Shown: positions 28,195-37,387, numbered from the stretch's first letter. The stretch is DNA of 64,000 bases from Candidatus Nomurabacteria bacterium (GCA_020631995.1 JACKGJ010000002.1:26773-90772), one strand, 5' to 3'. Numbers and translations: made by a program. The notes: generated from the sequence alone by a model not told the origin.

Positions 28195-28451
28195 ATATAG
28201 GTTTTCACCGCAACTTTATTAAACAGTATAAGAGAGTGCCAAAGAGTACACGTTTTCGGGTTGATGAGCGTTTGGAACTTTTTGAGCTCAATGCGCTACA
28301 TCCACTACTTAATACCCACCCCTTAACGGGAAATCGGACAGGGCAGTGGAGTATAAATATCACTGGAGACTGGAGAGCTGTTTTTGTTTATCAAGATAGA
28401 GAAACTGTCATTTTTATTGATTTAGATACACACAGTAATCTGTATAAGTAG
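28191..28451 (+). CDS. type II toxin, RelE/YafQ family mRNA interferase
   Basis: 86 aa. ...LNTHPLTGNRTGQWSINITGDWRAVFVYQDRETVIFIDLDTHSNLY. The H.L.G..G.....I..DWR.I/VF pattern is typical of YafQ/RelE. Confidence 0.8.
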   Translation: MNIGFHRNFIKQYKRVPKSTRFRVDERLELFELNALHPLLNTHPLTGNRTGQWSINITGDWRAVFVYQDRETVIFIDLDTHSNLYK

Positions 28452-28495
28452 ATTTAGTTTGTGTTGTGATACTATGACAGTGATAGAATTTTGCT

Positions 28496-29569
28496 ATGGA
28501 ACTTACCCTCATTAAAGTATTTCTACCTACTGCACTCGCTTTCATAATTGGCGTGGCTACGACTCCTATTGTTACTCATTACTTATATAAGTATCAAGCG
28601 TGGAAGAAAGTATCTGGTAAAGGTAATGGCTATGGTGGGGGAGGGACACCACTTTTTGATGCTCTTCATAAAACTCGTGACACTAACACTCCGAGACTTG
28701 GTGGTATTGTGATTTGGTCTAGTGTGTTCTTAACGGTATTACTACTGGCTGTATTTGAATTTCTTTTCCCGGATTCTGTGTTTGGTAAGTTGAATTTTCT
28801 TTCACGGTCTCAGACGTGGTTACCGCTCCTGGCTCTTTTAATCGGTGCCTTGGTCGGTTTTATAGATGATGTACTTACTATTCGGGGAGATGGTAAGCAT
28901 TTTGCTGGCGGGCTTCCTTTATCACAGAGACTCTTGGTTGTGACTGCTACTGCTTTCTTGTCGGCCTGGTGGTTTTTTGACAAACTTGAAGTAGATAGTG
29001 TGTCCTTGCTTGGTTTTGGTGAATTGACCTTGGGTATTTGGTTTATTCCATTCTTTGTGTTTGTGGCGGTATGTGTGTATGCGTCGAGTGTTATAGATGG
29101 TATTGATGGCTTGGCCGGTGGAGTGTTTATGTTCATCTTTACCGCTTACGCTGGAATAGCACTGTGGCAAAATCAGATTGATATAGCGGCACTCTCCGCC
29201 ACCATAGTTGGTGGTATCTTGGCATTTTTATGGTTTAACATCCCTCCAGCCCGCTTCTATATGTCTGAAACTGGAGTAATGGCCCTCACAATGGCTCTAA
29301 CCATCATAGCTTTTATGACAGACACATTGGGAGAAGGGGAAGGTGTGTCCCTTTTGCCAGTGGTAGGATTTTTACTCGTAGCTACAGTAGTCGCTAATGC
29401 TGTGCAAGTAGCGTCCAAAAAAATCTTGGGGCGAAGGGTGTTAAAGATTGCCCCACTACATCATCACTTTGAAGCCGACGGTTGGCCGAACTACAAAGTG
29501 ACTATGCGTTATTGGGTACTCGGTTTCGTTCTGGCAGTCATTGGAATGATATTAGCGATCGCTATCTAA
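28496..29569 (+). CDS. mraY: phospho-N-acetylmuramoyl-pentapeptide transferase
   Basis: TPRLGGIVIW, GFIDDVLTI, IDGIDGLAGG, IAPLHHHFE. Extended -10 TGaTAGAAT (28481-28489) lies 6 nt before the ATG. Confidence 0.9.
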   Translation: MELTLIKVFLPTALAFIIGVATTPIVTHYLYKYQAWKKVSGKGNGYGGGGTPLFDALHKTRDTNTPRLGGIVIWSSVFLTVLLLAVFEFLFPDSVFGKLNFLSRSQTWLPLLALLIGALVGFIDDVLTIRGDGKHFAGGLPLSQRLLVVTATAFLSAWWFFDKLEVDSVSLLGFGELTLGIWFIPFFVFVAVCVYASSVIDGIDGLAGGVFMFIFTAYAGIALWQNQIDIAALSATIVGGILAFLWFNIPPARFYMSETGVMALTMALTIIAFMTDTLGEGEGVSLLPVVGFLLVATVVANAVQVASKKILGRRVLKIAPLHHHFEADGWPNYKVTMRYWVLGFVLAVIGMILAIAI

Positions 29570-29773
29570 ACTTCCAAAATCAGGTAAGGGAACCTTTCTT
29601 TCTGCGTTCGTTCGGTCATATCCAAACTTTCACCACGGCTTGGCTACGACACTCGCTCACTTGAAAGTAAAACCTAGGACTTCAGGGTTTTTCCTCAGTC
29701 ATCGTAGTTTGTTCTACGTATCCCTCACAAAAACCCTTCCAGTCTGTCGGTTTTCCTCTGATTTTGAAAGTTT
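29568..29773. repeat. intergenic imperfect-palindrome element, copy 1 (longest)
   Basis: Terminal inverted repeat AAACTTCCAAAATCAG (29568-29583) / CTGATTTTGAAAGTTT (29758-29773), 15 of 16 complementary. The core is GGGTTTTT-CCTCAGTCATCGTAGTTTGTTCTACGTATCCCTCAC-AAAAACCC (29685-29736). It starts inside the mraY stop codon. Confidence 0.7.
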
Positions 29774-29830
29774 ATAATTTCAACTCATTTCTACTATTAG
29801 ACTATAATAGTGTGTATCTAAAAACTAACT

Positions 29831-30940
29831 ATGGTATCTCCTAAATCAGTCGACAAAATATTACTGGGTATTGTACTCACTTTAGTGGCTGGTGGCTTTT
29901 TTATTTTTTCCTCGGCTTCACTCGGTCTATTAGTAGACGGCAATGTTAGATTTACTTCTGTTGCTTTTAATCAAATAGTCTTAGGTATTGGTGGGGGAAT
30001 GGTAGCTATGTTCATTATGAGCCGTATCTACTACCGCACTTGGAGACGGTTTGCTTTTTATATTTTTCTTCTAGGAGTTCTGGGGGCATTTCTGGTATTT
30101 GTGCCAGGGCTTGGACTTGAACACGGAGGGGCTAGGCGTTGGATAGATGTGGCTGGCTTTTCTTTTCAACCGGCAGAATTTTTGAAGATTGCTTTTGTTA
30201 TATATGTAGCTACTTGGTTTTCAGCTATTCGCAAAGGAACTAATAACTTTTGGCAAAGTACGGCACCGTTTATTGCTAGTGTATTTGTGGTTGGGGTGGT
30301 GATGTTGCTTCAGAAAGACACTGATACTTTCTTAATTATGGTGGCGGCTGGTACGTCTATGTTCTTCGTGCAAAGCGGAAAGTGGCGTGAGATTTTAATA
30401 ATGGGACTCGTGATGATAGCGTTGGTTGGTAGTCTCGCTTTCGTGCACGACTATGTTAAAAATCGCTTATTGGCTTTTGTTAATTCTGATTATGACCCAC
30501 AAGGAGCTGGTTACCAAGTGAAGCAGTCACTAATAGCTGTTGGTTCTGGCGGAGTGTGGGGGAGAGGCTTTGGTCAAAGTGTACAGAAGTTTGAATATCT
30601 GCCTGAGCCAATCGGAGACTCAATCTTTGCTGTCTATGCGGAAGAATTTGGTTTTGTTGGAGCTTTCATTTTAATTTTACTTTTTTCTGGTTTTGTTTTT
30701 AGAGGTTATCGATTAGCTACACATGCACCTGATGATTTTGGGATGTTGCTGGTAGTGGGGCTAGTTACTATGATTGTACTTCAGGCCTTTTTGCATATAG
30801 CGGCGATGGTGAAGTTTGCACCTATGCTCGGACTGCCATTACCTTTTATTAGTCATGGAGGAACCGCTATGCTTATGACTTTGGCAGCGGTAGGTATCAT
30901 ATTGAATGTATCGAAATACCAAAAGAGGATGATAAAATGA
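29831..30940 (+). CDS. ftsW: peptidoglycan glycosyltransferase, FtsW/RodA (SEDS) family
   Basis: QPAEFLKIAF, PEPIGDSIFAVYAEEFGF, LPFISHGGTAM. Multi-TM protein. Located between mraY and murG. Confidence 0.85.
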   Translation: MVSPKSVDKILLGIVLTLVAGGFFIFSSASLGLLVDGNVRFTSVAFNQIVLGIGGGMVAMFIMSRIYYRTWRRFAFYIFLLGVLGAFLVFVPGLGLEHGGARRWIDVAGFSFQPAEFLKIAFVIYVATWFSAIRKGTNNFWQSTAPFIASVFVVGVVMLLQKDTDTFLIMVAAGTSMFFVQSGKWREILIMGLVMIALVGSLAFVHDYVKNRLLAFVNSDYDPQGAGYQVKQSLIAVGSGGVWGRGFGQSVQKFEYLPEPIGDSIFAVYAEEFGFVGAFILILLFSGFVFRGYRLATHAPDDFGMLLVVGLVTMIVLQAFLHIAAMVKFAPMLGLPLPFISHGGTAMLMTLAAVGIILNVSKYQKRMIK

Positions 30941-30943
30941 TAA

Positions 30944-32071
30944 GTGAATATGAGAATAGTACTAGTAGGTGGTGGAACTGGTGGACACTTTTATCCGTTG
31001 ATGGCGGTAGGGGAGGCGTTGCGCGAGCACGACAAGAGAGAGGGAAGAGAAACCGAGGTTTTCTATATGGGTCCAGATGTTTATAGTGCAGAATCTCTAA
31101 ATGCTCTTAATATAAAATTTGTATATTGTTCGGCTGGCAAGAAACGCAAATATTTTTCTCTCTTAAATTACTTCGATACCCTGAAGACAGGTTATGGAGT
31201 GATTGTGGCTTTTGTGAAATTGTTAAAACTCTATCCTGATGCTGTGTTTAGCAAGGGGGGCTATACGAGTGTTCCTGTAACTATTGCAGCAGCACTACTG
31301 CGCATACCGGTCGTGATACACGAATCAGATGCTGTACCAGGTCGGGCTAATAAGCTAGCCTCTCGCTTTGCTCGCATTATCGGTATTGCTCATAATGACG
31401 TGGCAGAATTTTTCCCAAAAGAAAAGGTGATTAATGTTGGAATGCCGATAAGGCAGGCCTTTATGAAACCTGTTGCTGATCCACATACACTGCTTGGAAT
31501 TGGTAAGGACAAGCCAGTTATACTTGTGACTGGTGGTTCATCGGGGGCGGAAAGATTAAATGACTTCGTGCTTGCTGCCTTACCGAAGCTCCTCTCTGCC
31601 TATACTATAGTGCATCAGGTAGGGGAGAAGAATGTAGAAAAAGTATCAGCAGCGGCCACGTCACTTTTTACCGACCAGTCTGCTCTAGCTAATTATTATT
31701 TGTTTGGACATTTGCCACAGGAAAAATTTGCCGCCGCTTTCCAGGTGGCTGACCTTATCGTGACGCGCGCTGGGAGTACTACATTATTTGAAATAGCCTT
31801 AAGTCAGAAGCCATCTATTCTGGTACCTATACCAGAGGAGGTAAGTCGCGACCAGCGTAGTAACGCTTATGCATATGCCCGGGCTACAGGAGCCATTGTC
31901 CTTGAAGAGCATAATTTAAGTGATGATATTTTGGTTGCGGAAATAAACAGAATACTGGGCGACAGCCAAGTCTATCAGACGATGGTGGAGGGAACTAAGG
32001 CTTTGACATCTGACCAGGCCGCGTATAAGCTGGCGGATATATTACTTGAAATTGGCCACTCACATGAGTAA
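30944..32071 (+). CDS. murG: UDP-GlcNAc:lipid I N-acetylglucosaminyltransferase
   Basis: GGGTGGHFYPLMAV, LVTGGSSGAERLN, RAGSTTLFEIA. Start is GTG 30944 or ATG 30950, 3-9 nt after the ftsW stop. Confidence 0.85.
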   Translation: MNMRIVLVGGGTGGHFYPLMAVGEALREHDKREGRETEVFYMGPDVYSAESLNALNIKFVYCSAGKKRKYFSLLNYFDTLKTGYGVIVAFVKLLKLYPDAVFSKGGYTSVPVTIAAALLRIPVVIHESDAVPGRANKLASRFARIIGIAHNDVAEFFPKEKVINVGMPIRQAFMKPVADPHTLLGIGKDKPVILVTGGSSGAERLNDFVLAALPKLLSAYTIVHQVGEKNVEKVSAAATSLFTDQSALANYYLFGHLPQEKFAAAFQVADLIVTRAGSTTLFEIALSQKPSILVPIPEEVSRDQRSNAYAYARATGAIVLEEHNLSDDILVAEINRILGDSQVYQTMVEGTKALTSDQAAYKLADILLEIGHSHE

Positions 32072-32081
32072 ACGAAAACCG

Positions 32082-32190
32082 CCAAAATGAGCGATCTTCT
32101 TGCTCGGCGGAATTTTTATTCCACGCACCGTATAACTGATACGGCTTGGTCACAAAAATTCCGCCGAACGGCGAATCTCATCTCATTTTG
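32082..32190. repeat. intergenic imperfect-palindrome element, copy 2
   Basis: Outer stem CAAAATGAG (32083-32091) / CTCATTTTG (32182-32190). Inner perfect 14-bp stem TCGGCGGAATTTTT (32104-32117) / AAAAATTCCGCCGA (32154-32167). The 5' end CCGCCAAAATGAGCGATC resembles copies 1 and 4. Confidence 0.7.
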
Positions 32191-32232
32191 ACAATTTTCT
32201 GATTGCTGACCATACTGTAAGCTAAATCTCAA

Positions 32233-33699
32233 ATGAACTCTATTGAAAAAAAAGTCGTAACCCGCTTCGCGCCGTCTCCGACGGGCTTTCTACACATAGG
32301 AGGTGTGCGAACTGCTATCTTTTCGTACCTTTATGCCAAGAAAATGGGCGGTACTTTTATTTTGCGTATTGAAGACACTGACAAAGAACGTGAGGTGGCG
32401 GGCTCAATTGAACACATTATGGAGTCATTGCGTTGGCTGAACATTGAGTGGGATTATGGTCCTGATAAGCCGGGGACGTTCGGTTCTTGTATACAATCAG
32501 AGCGCCTCGCTAGTTATAAAAAATATGCACTACAACTGATTGATAAAGGTTTGGCATATCCTGACCCGTATACCAAAGAAGAAGTTGAGAAGTTTCGCCA
32601 AGACGCTGAAGCACAGAAAAAGCCGTTTCTATTTCGTAATTATCGTCCTGAGACATTTGATGAGTGGGATGGTAGTAAGCCACTTCGCCTCAAGGTGCCA
32701 GAGGTAAAACGATATGTTTGGGAAGATGCTGTTCGTGGCCAGCTTGAGGCAGGGGAGGAGATGTTGGACGATATCGTCTTGATAAAGTCAGACGGTTATC
32801 CAACTTACAACTTTGCTCATATTATTGATGACCTAGAGATGGGTGTCACCCATATAATGCGCGCGGATGAATTCATCGCTAGCCAGCCAAAGTTTTTATC
32901 CATCTATGATGCATTAGAAATTCCGTATCCAGTTTTTGTTTCACTACCACCGATTCTCCGAGATGATAGAACCAAGAAGCTCGGTAAAAGAGATGGTGCG
33001 AAAGATATTTTAGACTACAGAACAGAAGGTTATCTACCAGAAGCAATGTTTAATTTTCTAACATTGATTGGTTGGAATCCAGGTACTGAGAAAGAAGTCT
33101 TCACAAAGGATGAGTTAATAAATGAATTTGATCTTCATCGTATTCAAAAGTCAGGGGGAGCTTTTAACGAAGAGAAACTAAAGTGGTTAAACAAAGAACA
33201 CTTAAATAGTTTGAGTGCTTCTAAATATAAGGAGTTGGTGCTAAAAGCAATTCCTGCTAAGTACACAGGACTTCCATCTTTCACTGAAGACAGATTAGAA
33301 AAACTAATGCCTGTGATTCGTGAACGTACACATATTATGGCGGATGTAACGACTGCCTTTGAAGTATGCGAGTACGACTTCGTTTTTACAGACCCAGATG
33401 TTTCTCTAGATATATTGCGTTTTAAAAAGGATCCAGATGTACATTCTGCTGCCCCTCGGCTTCAACATCTGGCTCTGCTATTAGAAACTGCCGATTTTTC
33501 TTCACCTGACACGATAAAATCTGCGGTATGGGATTATGCTGAACAGGAGGGTAGGGGAGAGGTCTTATGGCCTATGCGTGTGGCTCTGACAGGCCTCGAA
33601 CGCTCTCCAGACCCTTTTACTGTGGCTTATATTATTGGTCAAACAGATACGCTACGCCGACTTCAGGCTGCATATGATAAGATCGGTCACGCTAAATAG
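32233..33699 (+). CDS. gltX: glutamyl-tRNA synthetase
   Basis: RFAPSPTGFLHIGGVRTAIF (HIGH region) and KLGKRDGA (KMSKS-type). Confidence 0.9.
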   Translation: MNSIEKKVVTRFAPSPTGFLHIGGVRTAIFSYLYAKKMGGTFILRIEDTDKEREVAGSIEHIMESLRWLNIEWDYGPDKPGTFGSCIQSERLASYKKYALQLIDKGLAYPDPYTKEEVEKFRQDAEAQKKPFLFRNYRPETFDEWDGSKPLRLKVPEVKRYVWEDAVRGQLEAGEEMLDDIVLIKSDGYPTYNFAHIIDDLEMGVTHIMRADEFIASQPKFLSIYDALEIPYPVFVSLPPILRDDRTKKLGKRDGAKDILDYRTEGYLPEAMFNFLTLIGWNPGTEKEVFTKDELINEFDLHRIQKSGGAFNEEKLKWLNKEHLNSLSASKYKELVLKAIPAKYTGLPSFTEDRLEKLMPVIRERTHIMADVTTAFEVCEYDFVFTDPDVSLDILRFKKDPDVHSAAPRLQHLALLLETADFSSPDTIKSAVWDYAEQEGRGEVLWPMRVALTGLERSPDPFTVAYIIGQTDTLRRLQAAYDKIGHAK

Positions 33700-33719
33700 C
33701 GTGACATCGGGGCAATCTT

Positions 33720-33815
33720 TCTAGATAAGGAACCGGCTCCGCCGATACATGCCTTTATTGTTTCCTCCGACAGCGAATAAAATTCGCTGTATTCGGCAAC
33801 ATCTAGTAAAATAAG
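33720..33815. repeat. intergenic element, copy 3 (short and degenerate, core only)
   Basis: TTTCCTCCGACA-GCGAAT-AAA-ATTCGC-TGTATTCGGCAAC has the same layout as the copy 1 and 5 cores but a different stem sequence (hairpin 33771-33789). GATAAGGAACC resembles GGTAAGGGAACC of copy 1. Confidence 0.45.
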
Positions 33816-33818
33816 AGG

Positions 33819-35135
33819 GTGATTGTAGCCAAATCGTATAAATACCTAATAGCTTTTATAATTGGTGCACTTATTTTGCCTGGAGTTTTTTTTATGATGC
33901 CAACGGTAAATGCTCAAACTGAAACTGAGCGTCTACAAGCAGAGATCAAAGAAAGAAATGCACGATTGTCTGAAATTGAGAAAGAAATCGCAGGGTACGA
34001 GGCGGAACTCAAGAAAGTAGGTGCAGAAAAAAGTACTCTACAAAGTGCCATTAACCAGTTGGAGCTTGAAAGAAAGAAAATTCAAGCTGACATTACCTAC
34101 ACGCAAAACAAAATCGATAACACCGACTTAGAAATAAATAAGCTCTCCTTGGAGATAGACGACACTAGTGAAAGCATTAGTAAAAGTGCAGCAGCGGTGG
34201 GGGAGATTCTGCGTGTTGTCGATCAAAATGACCAGGAGTCACTGATTGAATTATTTCTTAGGCACGAGAATCTTTCTGAATTCTGGAATGAAGTCGCAGG
34301 GCTAGAGAGCGTGCGCACAGTGATGAACGACCGTGTTTATGAACTAACGGTACTTAAAAGTTCCCTTGAGGGAAAAGTGGGGGAGGAGACAATGAAGCGT
34401 GGTGAATTGATGTCATTAAAGAATCAGTACTCGGGACAACAGGCTGTCTTGGATAATAATCGTAAGCAAAAAAGCGAGCTGTTAACCGCCACTAAAAATG
34501 AGGAGGCAGAGTATCAAAAGCTACTTAATGATAAAAAAGCTGCCCGTGAAAAGTTGGTGAAGGAAGTACAAGCGATTGAATCTGAACTTCAGTTTATGCT
34601 GGATCCCAACTCTATCCCGGTTAAGGGGAGTTCTGTATTCCAATGGCCACTTGAGAAGGTGGTGCTTACACAGTACTTTGGCTACACTAAATTCGCGCTT
34701 CAAAACCAAGGTGTATACAAAAACAATATGCACAATGGTATTGACCTCGGTGCTCCGACTGGTACTAAGATATTTGCCCCACTTGGTGGAACGGTACGCG
34801 CTACTGCCAATACTGACCTAGTACCAGGTTGTTATTCTTGGGGGCAATGGGCCTTAGTAGATCACCCAAATGGCCTCTCTACACTTTATGCTCATATGAG
34901 CAACACTTCTGTGTCAGCAGGACAAAAGTTGAATACAGGGGATTTGATAGGCTTTGTGGGAGCAACTGGCTACGCCACTGGTCCTCACCTTCACTTTACT
35001 GTTTATGTGAGTGCTGCAGTTAGCGTTAAGAGCTTCAATCAATTTAAGGCCGTTACTGGCTGTGGTGCGGCGCTTTCACCATTCTCCGCAGTGGAGGGTT
35101 ATTTAAACCCGATGGACTATTTACCCGCTTCCTAG
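33819..35135 (+). CDS. M23 family murein endopeptidase with N-terminal coiled coil (EnvC-like)
   Basis: Signal/TM YLIAFIIGALILPGVFFMMPTVNA, then a long coiled coil, then MHNGIDLGAPTGTKIFAP and GATGYATGPHLHFTVY. Confidence 0.85.
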   Translation: MIVAKSYKYLIAFIIGALILPGVFFMMPTVNAQTETERLQAEIKERNARLSEIEKEIAGYEAELKKVGAEKSTLQSAINQLELERKKIQADITYTQNKIDNTDLEINKLSLEIDDTSESISKSAAAVGEILRVVDQNDQESLIELFLRHENLSEFWNEVAGLESVRTVMNDRVYELTVLKSSLEGKVGEETMKRGELMSLKNQYSGQQAVLDNNRKQKSELLTATKNEEAEYQKLLNDKKAAREKLVKEVQAIESELQFMLDPNSIPVKGSSVFQWPLEKVVLTQYFGYTKFALQNQGVYKNNMHNGIDLGAPTGTKIFAPLGGTVRATANTDLVPGCYSWGQWALVDHPNGLSTLYAHMSNTSVSAGQKLNTGDLIGFVGATGYATGPHLHFTVYVSAAVSVKSFNQFKAVTGCGAALSPFSAVEGYLNPMDYLPAS

Positions 35136-35137
35136 AG

Positions 35138-35258
35138 TACTTTTCCAAAATTAGCGCATCTGCACTAGTGTCAGACTTTTACTCAATCACCTTAGGTTAA
35201 CTAAGGCTCTTTCGCAAAATTCCTCCAACTAATACACCCGCATCCGCTTTTGGAAGAA
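35138..35258. repeat. intergenic imperfect-palindrome element, copy 4
   Basis: ACTTTTCCAAAATTAGCGCATC at the 5' end and CCGCTTTTGGAAGAAGT at the 3' end (TTCCAAAA 35143-35150 / TTTTGGAA 35248-35255). Internal CCTTAG-gttaa-CTAAGG hairpin and an AAAATTCCTCCAAC box. Confidence 0.6.
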
Positions 35259-35396
35259 GTTAAATTTAGTAGTTCAAAGCTGTCCACAGTTTACGGCTAT
35301 TTTTATATCGGTTATACTCCGGATTAGGTGAGTACATAAGAGTGTGAGAGTGCGGAGTGACTTACAAAAGCCAAACCAAACTTAACGAGGAAGAAA

Positions 35397-35549
35397 ATGG
35401 AAAAAGATACGGGGACTAATCTCACTGAGACTGAATCCACCTCAAATGAATCAGATGCAGACAAGGGGAAGCTTACTCTCCAAAATAAGTTGATGATTCT
35501 TGCGGCAGTAGCCGTCATCTCTATTCCACTTTTTGGGATCGATCTTTGA
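35397..35549 (+). CDS. small (50 aa) membrane protein candidate
   Basis: Below the ORF-track cutoff. SD GAGGAAG lies 4 nt upstream. The sequence is MEKDTGTNLTETESTSNESDADKGKLTLQNKLMILAAVAVISIPLFGIDL, an acidic head followed by one TM helix. An intrinsic terminator follows about 30 nt later. The antisense track ORF 35324-35563 has neither signal. Confidence 0.4.
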   Translation: MEKDTGTNLTETESTSNESDADKGKLTLQNKLMILAAVAVISIPLFGIDL

Positions 35550-35580
35550 ACTAGTGAGTGCAAACAAATAATGAAGGGTG

Positions 35581-35611
35581 ACGTCGGCTAATTTGGCCGG
35601 CGTTTTGTATT
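35581..35611 (+). terminator. intrinsic terminator
   Basis: ACGTCGGC-taatttg-GCCGGCGT (one G-U pair) followed by TTTTGTATT. Confidence 0.5.
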
Positions 35612-35956
35612 GTCTTCTCTATATCATTTAATTTAGACATCCGTGTCGACGGAGTCTCTTCAGTCTAAAAACAGGATGTACGGTACGGGCTATATACACT
35701 ACTACCTCTCTTGTGTCTGGAAATAAACAGGGAAGTGAGTACCCTTAAACCTGAGCATTCAATTTTTACTTTTATGACTCCCCTACCGGATAGTGGGGGA
35801 GAGGGCCCAGGACTATCCCAGCCTAATTTTAAATTTTAATAAAATATTAAAAATGAGAGAACAAAATCTTTTCTAAAAAATTCTGTGTATGTCGGAGTAG
35901 GGGACTTCAGTTGAACAATATTGAAGATTTAAATCTAAATGCAAAATTTAAGCACC

Positions 35957-35965
35957 TGTGGATAA
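35957..35965 (+). promoter_or_regulatory. perfect DnaA box (TGTGGATAA = complement of TTATCCACA) upstream of the recombinase promoter
   Basis: Exact 9-mer. A perfect -10 TATAAT lies at 35994-35999, so the box sits just upstream of the expected -35 position. Confidence 0.5.
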
Positions 35966-36068
35966 CTTTGCTGTTGTGTTGTAATTTGCAGTATATAATT
36001 GAGTATTAGAGATATTATACTCAGTTCCATATATAGAGTTTAAGCCCTATTCTAACCATTCCTATATA

Positions 36069-37103
36069 ATGTTCTCTAAGTCCCTCCATACTTTCCCCTC
36101 ACCTATGAATGACAAAAAAGAAACAACAGAAGTTACTGAAACCTTAAAGACTGCTAAATTTGCCGTCCTCCCCCACGTGTCTCATTTTCTGACTTCAATC
36201 CTGGCCAATAATTATTCCAGTAAAACTCACGATTCATATAAACGTGACCTTTTGACCTTTGATCGGTTTTTGGCCTCTGAAATGGGACATATTACCTTCA
36301 GTGAGATAGATAAGCACGTTATAGAGCTTTTTAAGGCTTATTTGAACTCCGATGACCGGCACACGACACTTAATACTAAAGTTCCAGAGCGTCGTCTTAA
36401 AAGCGGTTCTGTGAATCGAATGTTGTCGTCACTGCGTCGATATTTTGCGTATTTGATCGATATGGACTACGAGTCGCCGCTTGCACCAACTGCAATCAAA
36501 CTCGTGCGGGCTGAAAAAAAGCATGGACAAGTTGCTGAATTGCATGAATTAATTTCGCTGATTGAGTCACCAACTAAGTTTGAAAAAAATAAATTTGTGG
36601 CCACGCGTAATCGTGCGATGCTTGAGACCTTATTAGCAAGCGGAATGCGTATTTCTGAGCTTCTAGGGCTCAGACTTAATCAACTTGATAAGTCAGGTCG
36701 TATTTTTATTGAAGGAAAAGGTAAAAAGCAGCGCTTTATATATTTAACTGAGCGTGCAAGGCGACATATAGATGATTATCTCAAATTAAGAGTAGACGAC
36801 CTTCCCTATTTATTTATTCCAAAAAGAGGCCAGAATGCTGGAGAAAAAAACAAACGCATTTCTTCCAATTACCTCCAAATGAAGATTAAAAAGTATCGGG
36901 AGCTTCTTGGTATTAATGTGCCAACCTCTGCTCACTCGCTACGTCACGGCTTCGCCACTTACTTGGCTGAACAAGGTGCCAACCCAGCCGCTATTCAGGT
37001 GCTTTTAGGACACGAGTCGCTCGATACTACCACTCGATACGTTCATGCATCAGATCGTTACGCTGAAGAAACTCATCGTAAGTTTCATCCGCTTGGAAAG
37101 TAA
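36069..37103 (+). CDS. tyrosine recombinase, XerC/XerD family
   Basis: ASGMRISELLGLRLNQL (Arg), IEGKGKKQRFIYL (Lys), HSLRHGFATYLAEQG (HxxR), LLGHESLDTTTRYVH (His and Tyr). An N-terminal SAM-like core-binding domain is present. Confidence 0.85.
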   Translation: MFSKSLHTFPSPMNDKKETTEVTETLKTAKFAVLPHVSHFLTSILANNYSSKTHDSYKRDLLTFDRFLASEMGHITFSEIDKHVIELFKAYLNSDDRHTTLNTKVPERRLKSGSVNRMLSSLRRYFAYLIDMDYESPLAPTAIKLVRAEKKHGQVAELHELISLIESPTKFEKNKFVATRNRAMLETLLASGMRISELLGLRLNQLDKSGRIFIEGKGKKQRFIYLTERARRHIDDYLKLRVDDLPYLFIPKRGQNAGEKNKRISSNYLQMKIKKYRELLGINVPTSAHSLRHGFATYLAEQGANPAAIQVLLGHESLDTTTRYVHASDRYAEETHRKFHPLGK

Positions 37104-37120
37104 CGAAATTATGATTAGAC

Positions 37121-37155
37121 AAAACAAAAACTCCCAAAAGGGAGTTTTTGTTTTG
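37121..37155. terminator. bidirectional intrinsic terminator
   Basis: CAAAAACTCCC-aaaa-GGGAGTTTTTG flanked by an A-run and a T-run. It serves the recombinase (+) and the convergent small ORF (-). Confidence 0.8.
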
Positions 37156-37169
37156 AATTAAATTTCTAA

Positions 37170-37283
37170 CTAGCCTTCACAACTGACACACGTTGATTCA
37201 CCGGCAAAATGAACGCGAGGTTTAGCTGCTGCGGCACCTTCTACAGCTGGTAGTTCGAAGTTGAATTCATTTGTGTTTTGCAT
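37170..37283 (-). CDS. 37-aa peptide ORF candidate (Cys/Ser/Thr-containing C-terminus)
   Basis: MQNTNEFNFELPAVEGAAAAKPRVHFAGESTCVSCEG. It ends 15 nt before the bidirectional terminator. No convincing SD or -35 was seen. Below the track cutoff. Confidence 0.25.
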   Translation of the reverse strand: MQNTNEFNFELPAVEGAAAAKPRVHFAGESTCVSCEG

Positions 37284-37387
37284 GACTTATATTTTAACAT
37301 TTTGAGCCAGGACCGCGATGTGTATAACTAGTCTACATTATTACGGCTATAGATAAAGATTTATTTGACCCCGCTCCCCCACCAAAC

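Noticed and set aside
26135-29170. Antisense or out-of-frame ORFs within scpB, dac, the TA pair and mraY (26135-26521, 26448-26684, 27380-27598, 28034-28222, 28810-29136, 28922-29170).
   Set aside because: Each overlaps a motif-supported gene on the other strand or frame, and none has recognisable features.
29482-29664. A 60-aa + ORF running from the mraY 3' end into the intergenic element.
   Set aside because: It is out of frame with mraY, and its distal half is the palindromic element (copy 1).
35612-36068. A long AT-rich spacer with a perfect DnaA box, considered as a possible oriC.
   Set aside because: It has only one perfect box, plus one 2-mismatch box at 35280-35288. There is no box cluster and no adjacent dnaA or dnaN. 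The box position fits promoter regulation better.
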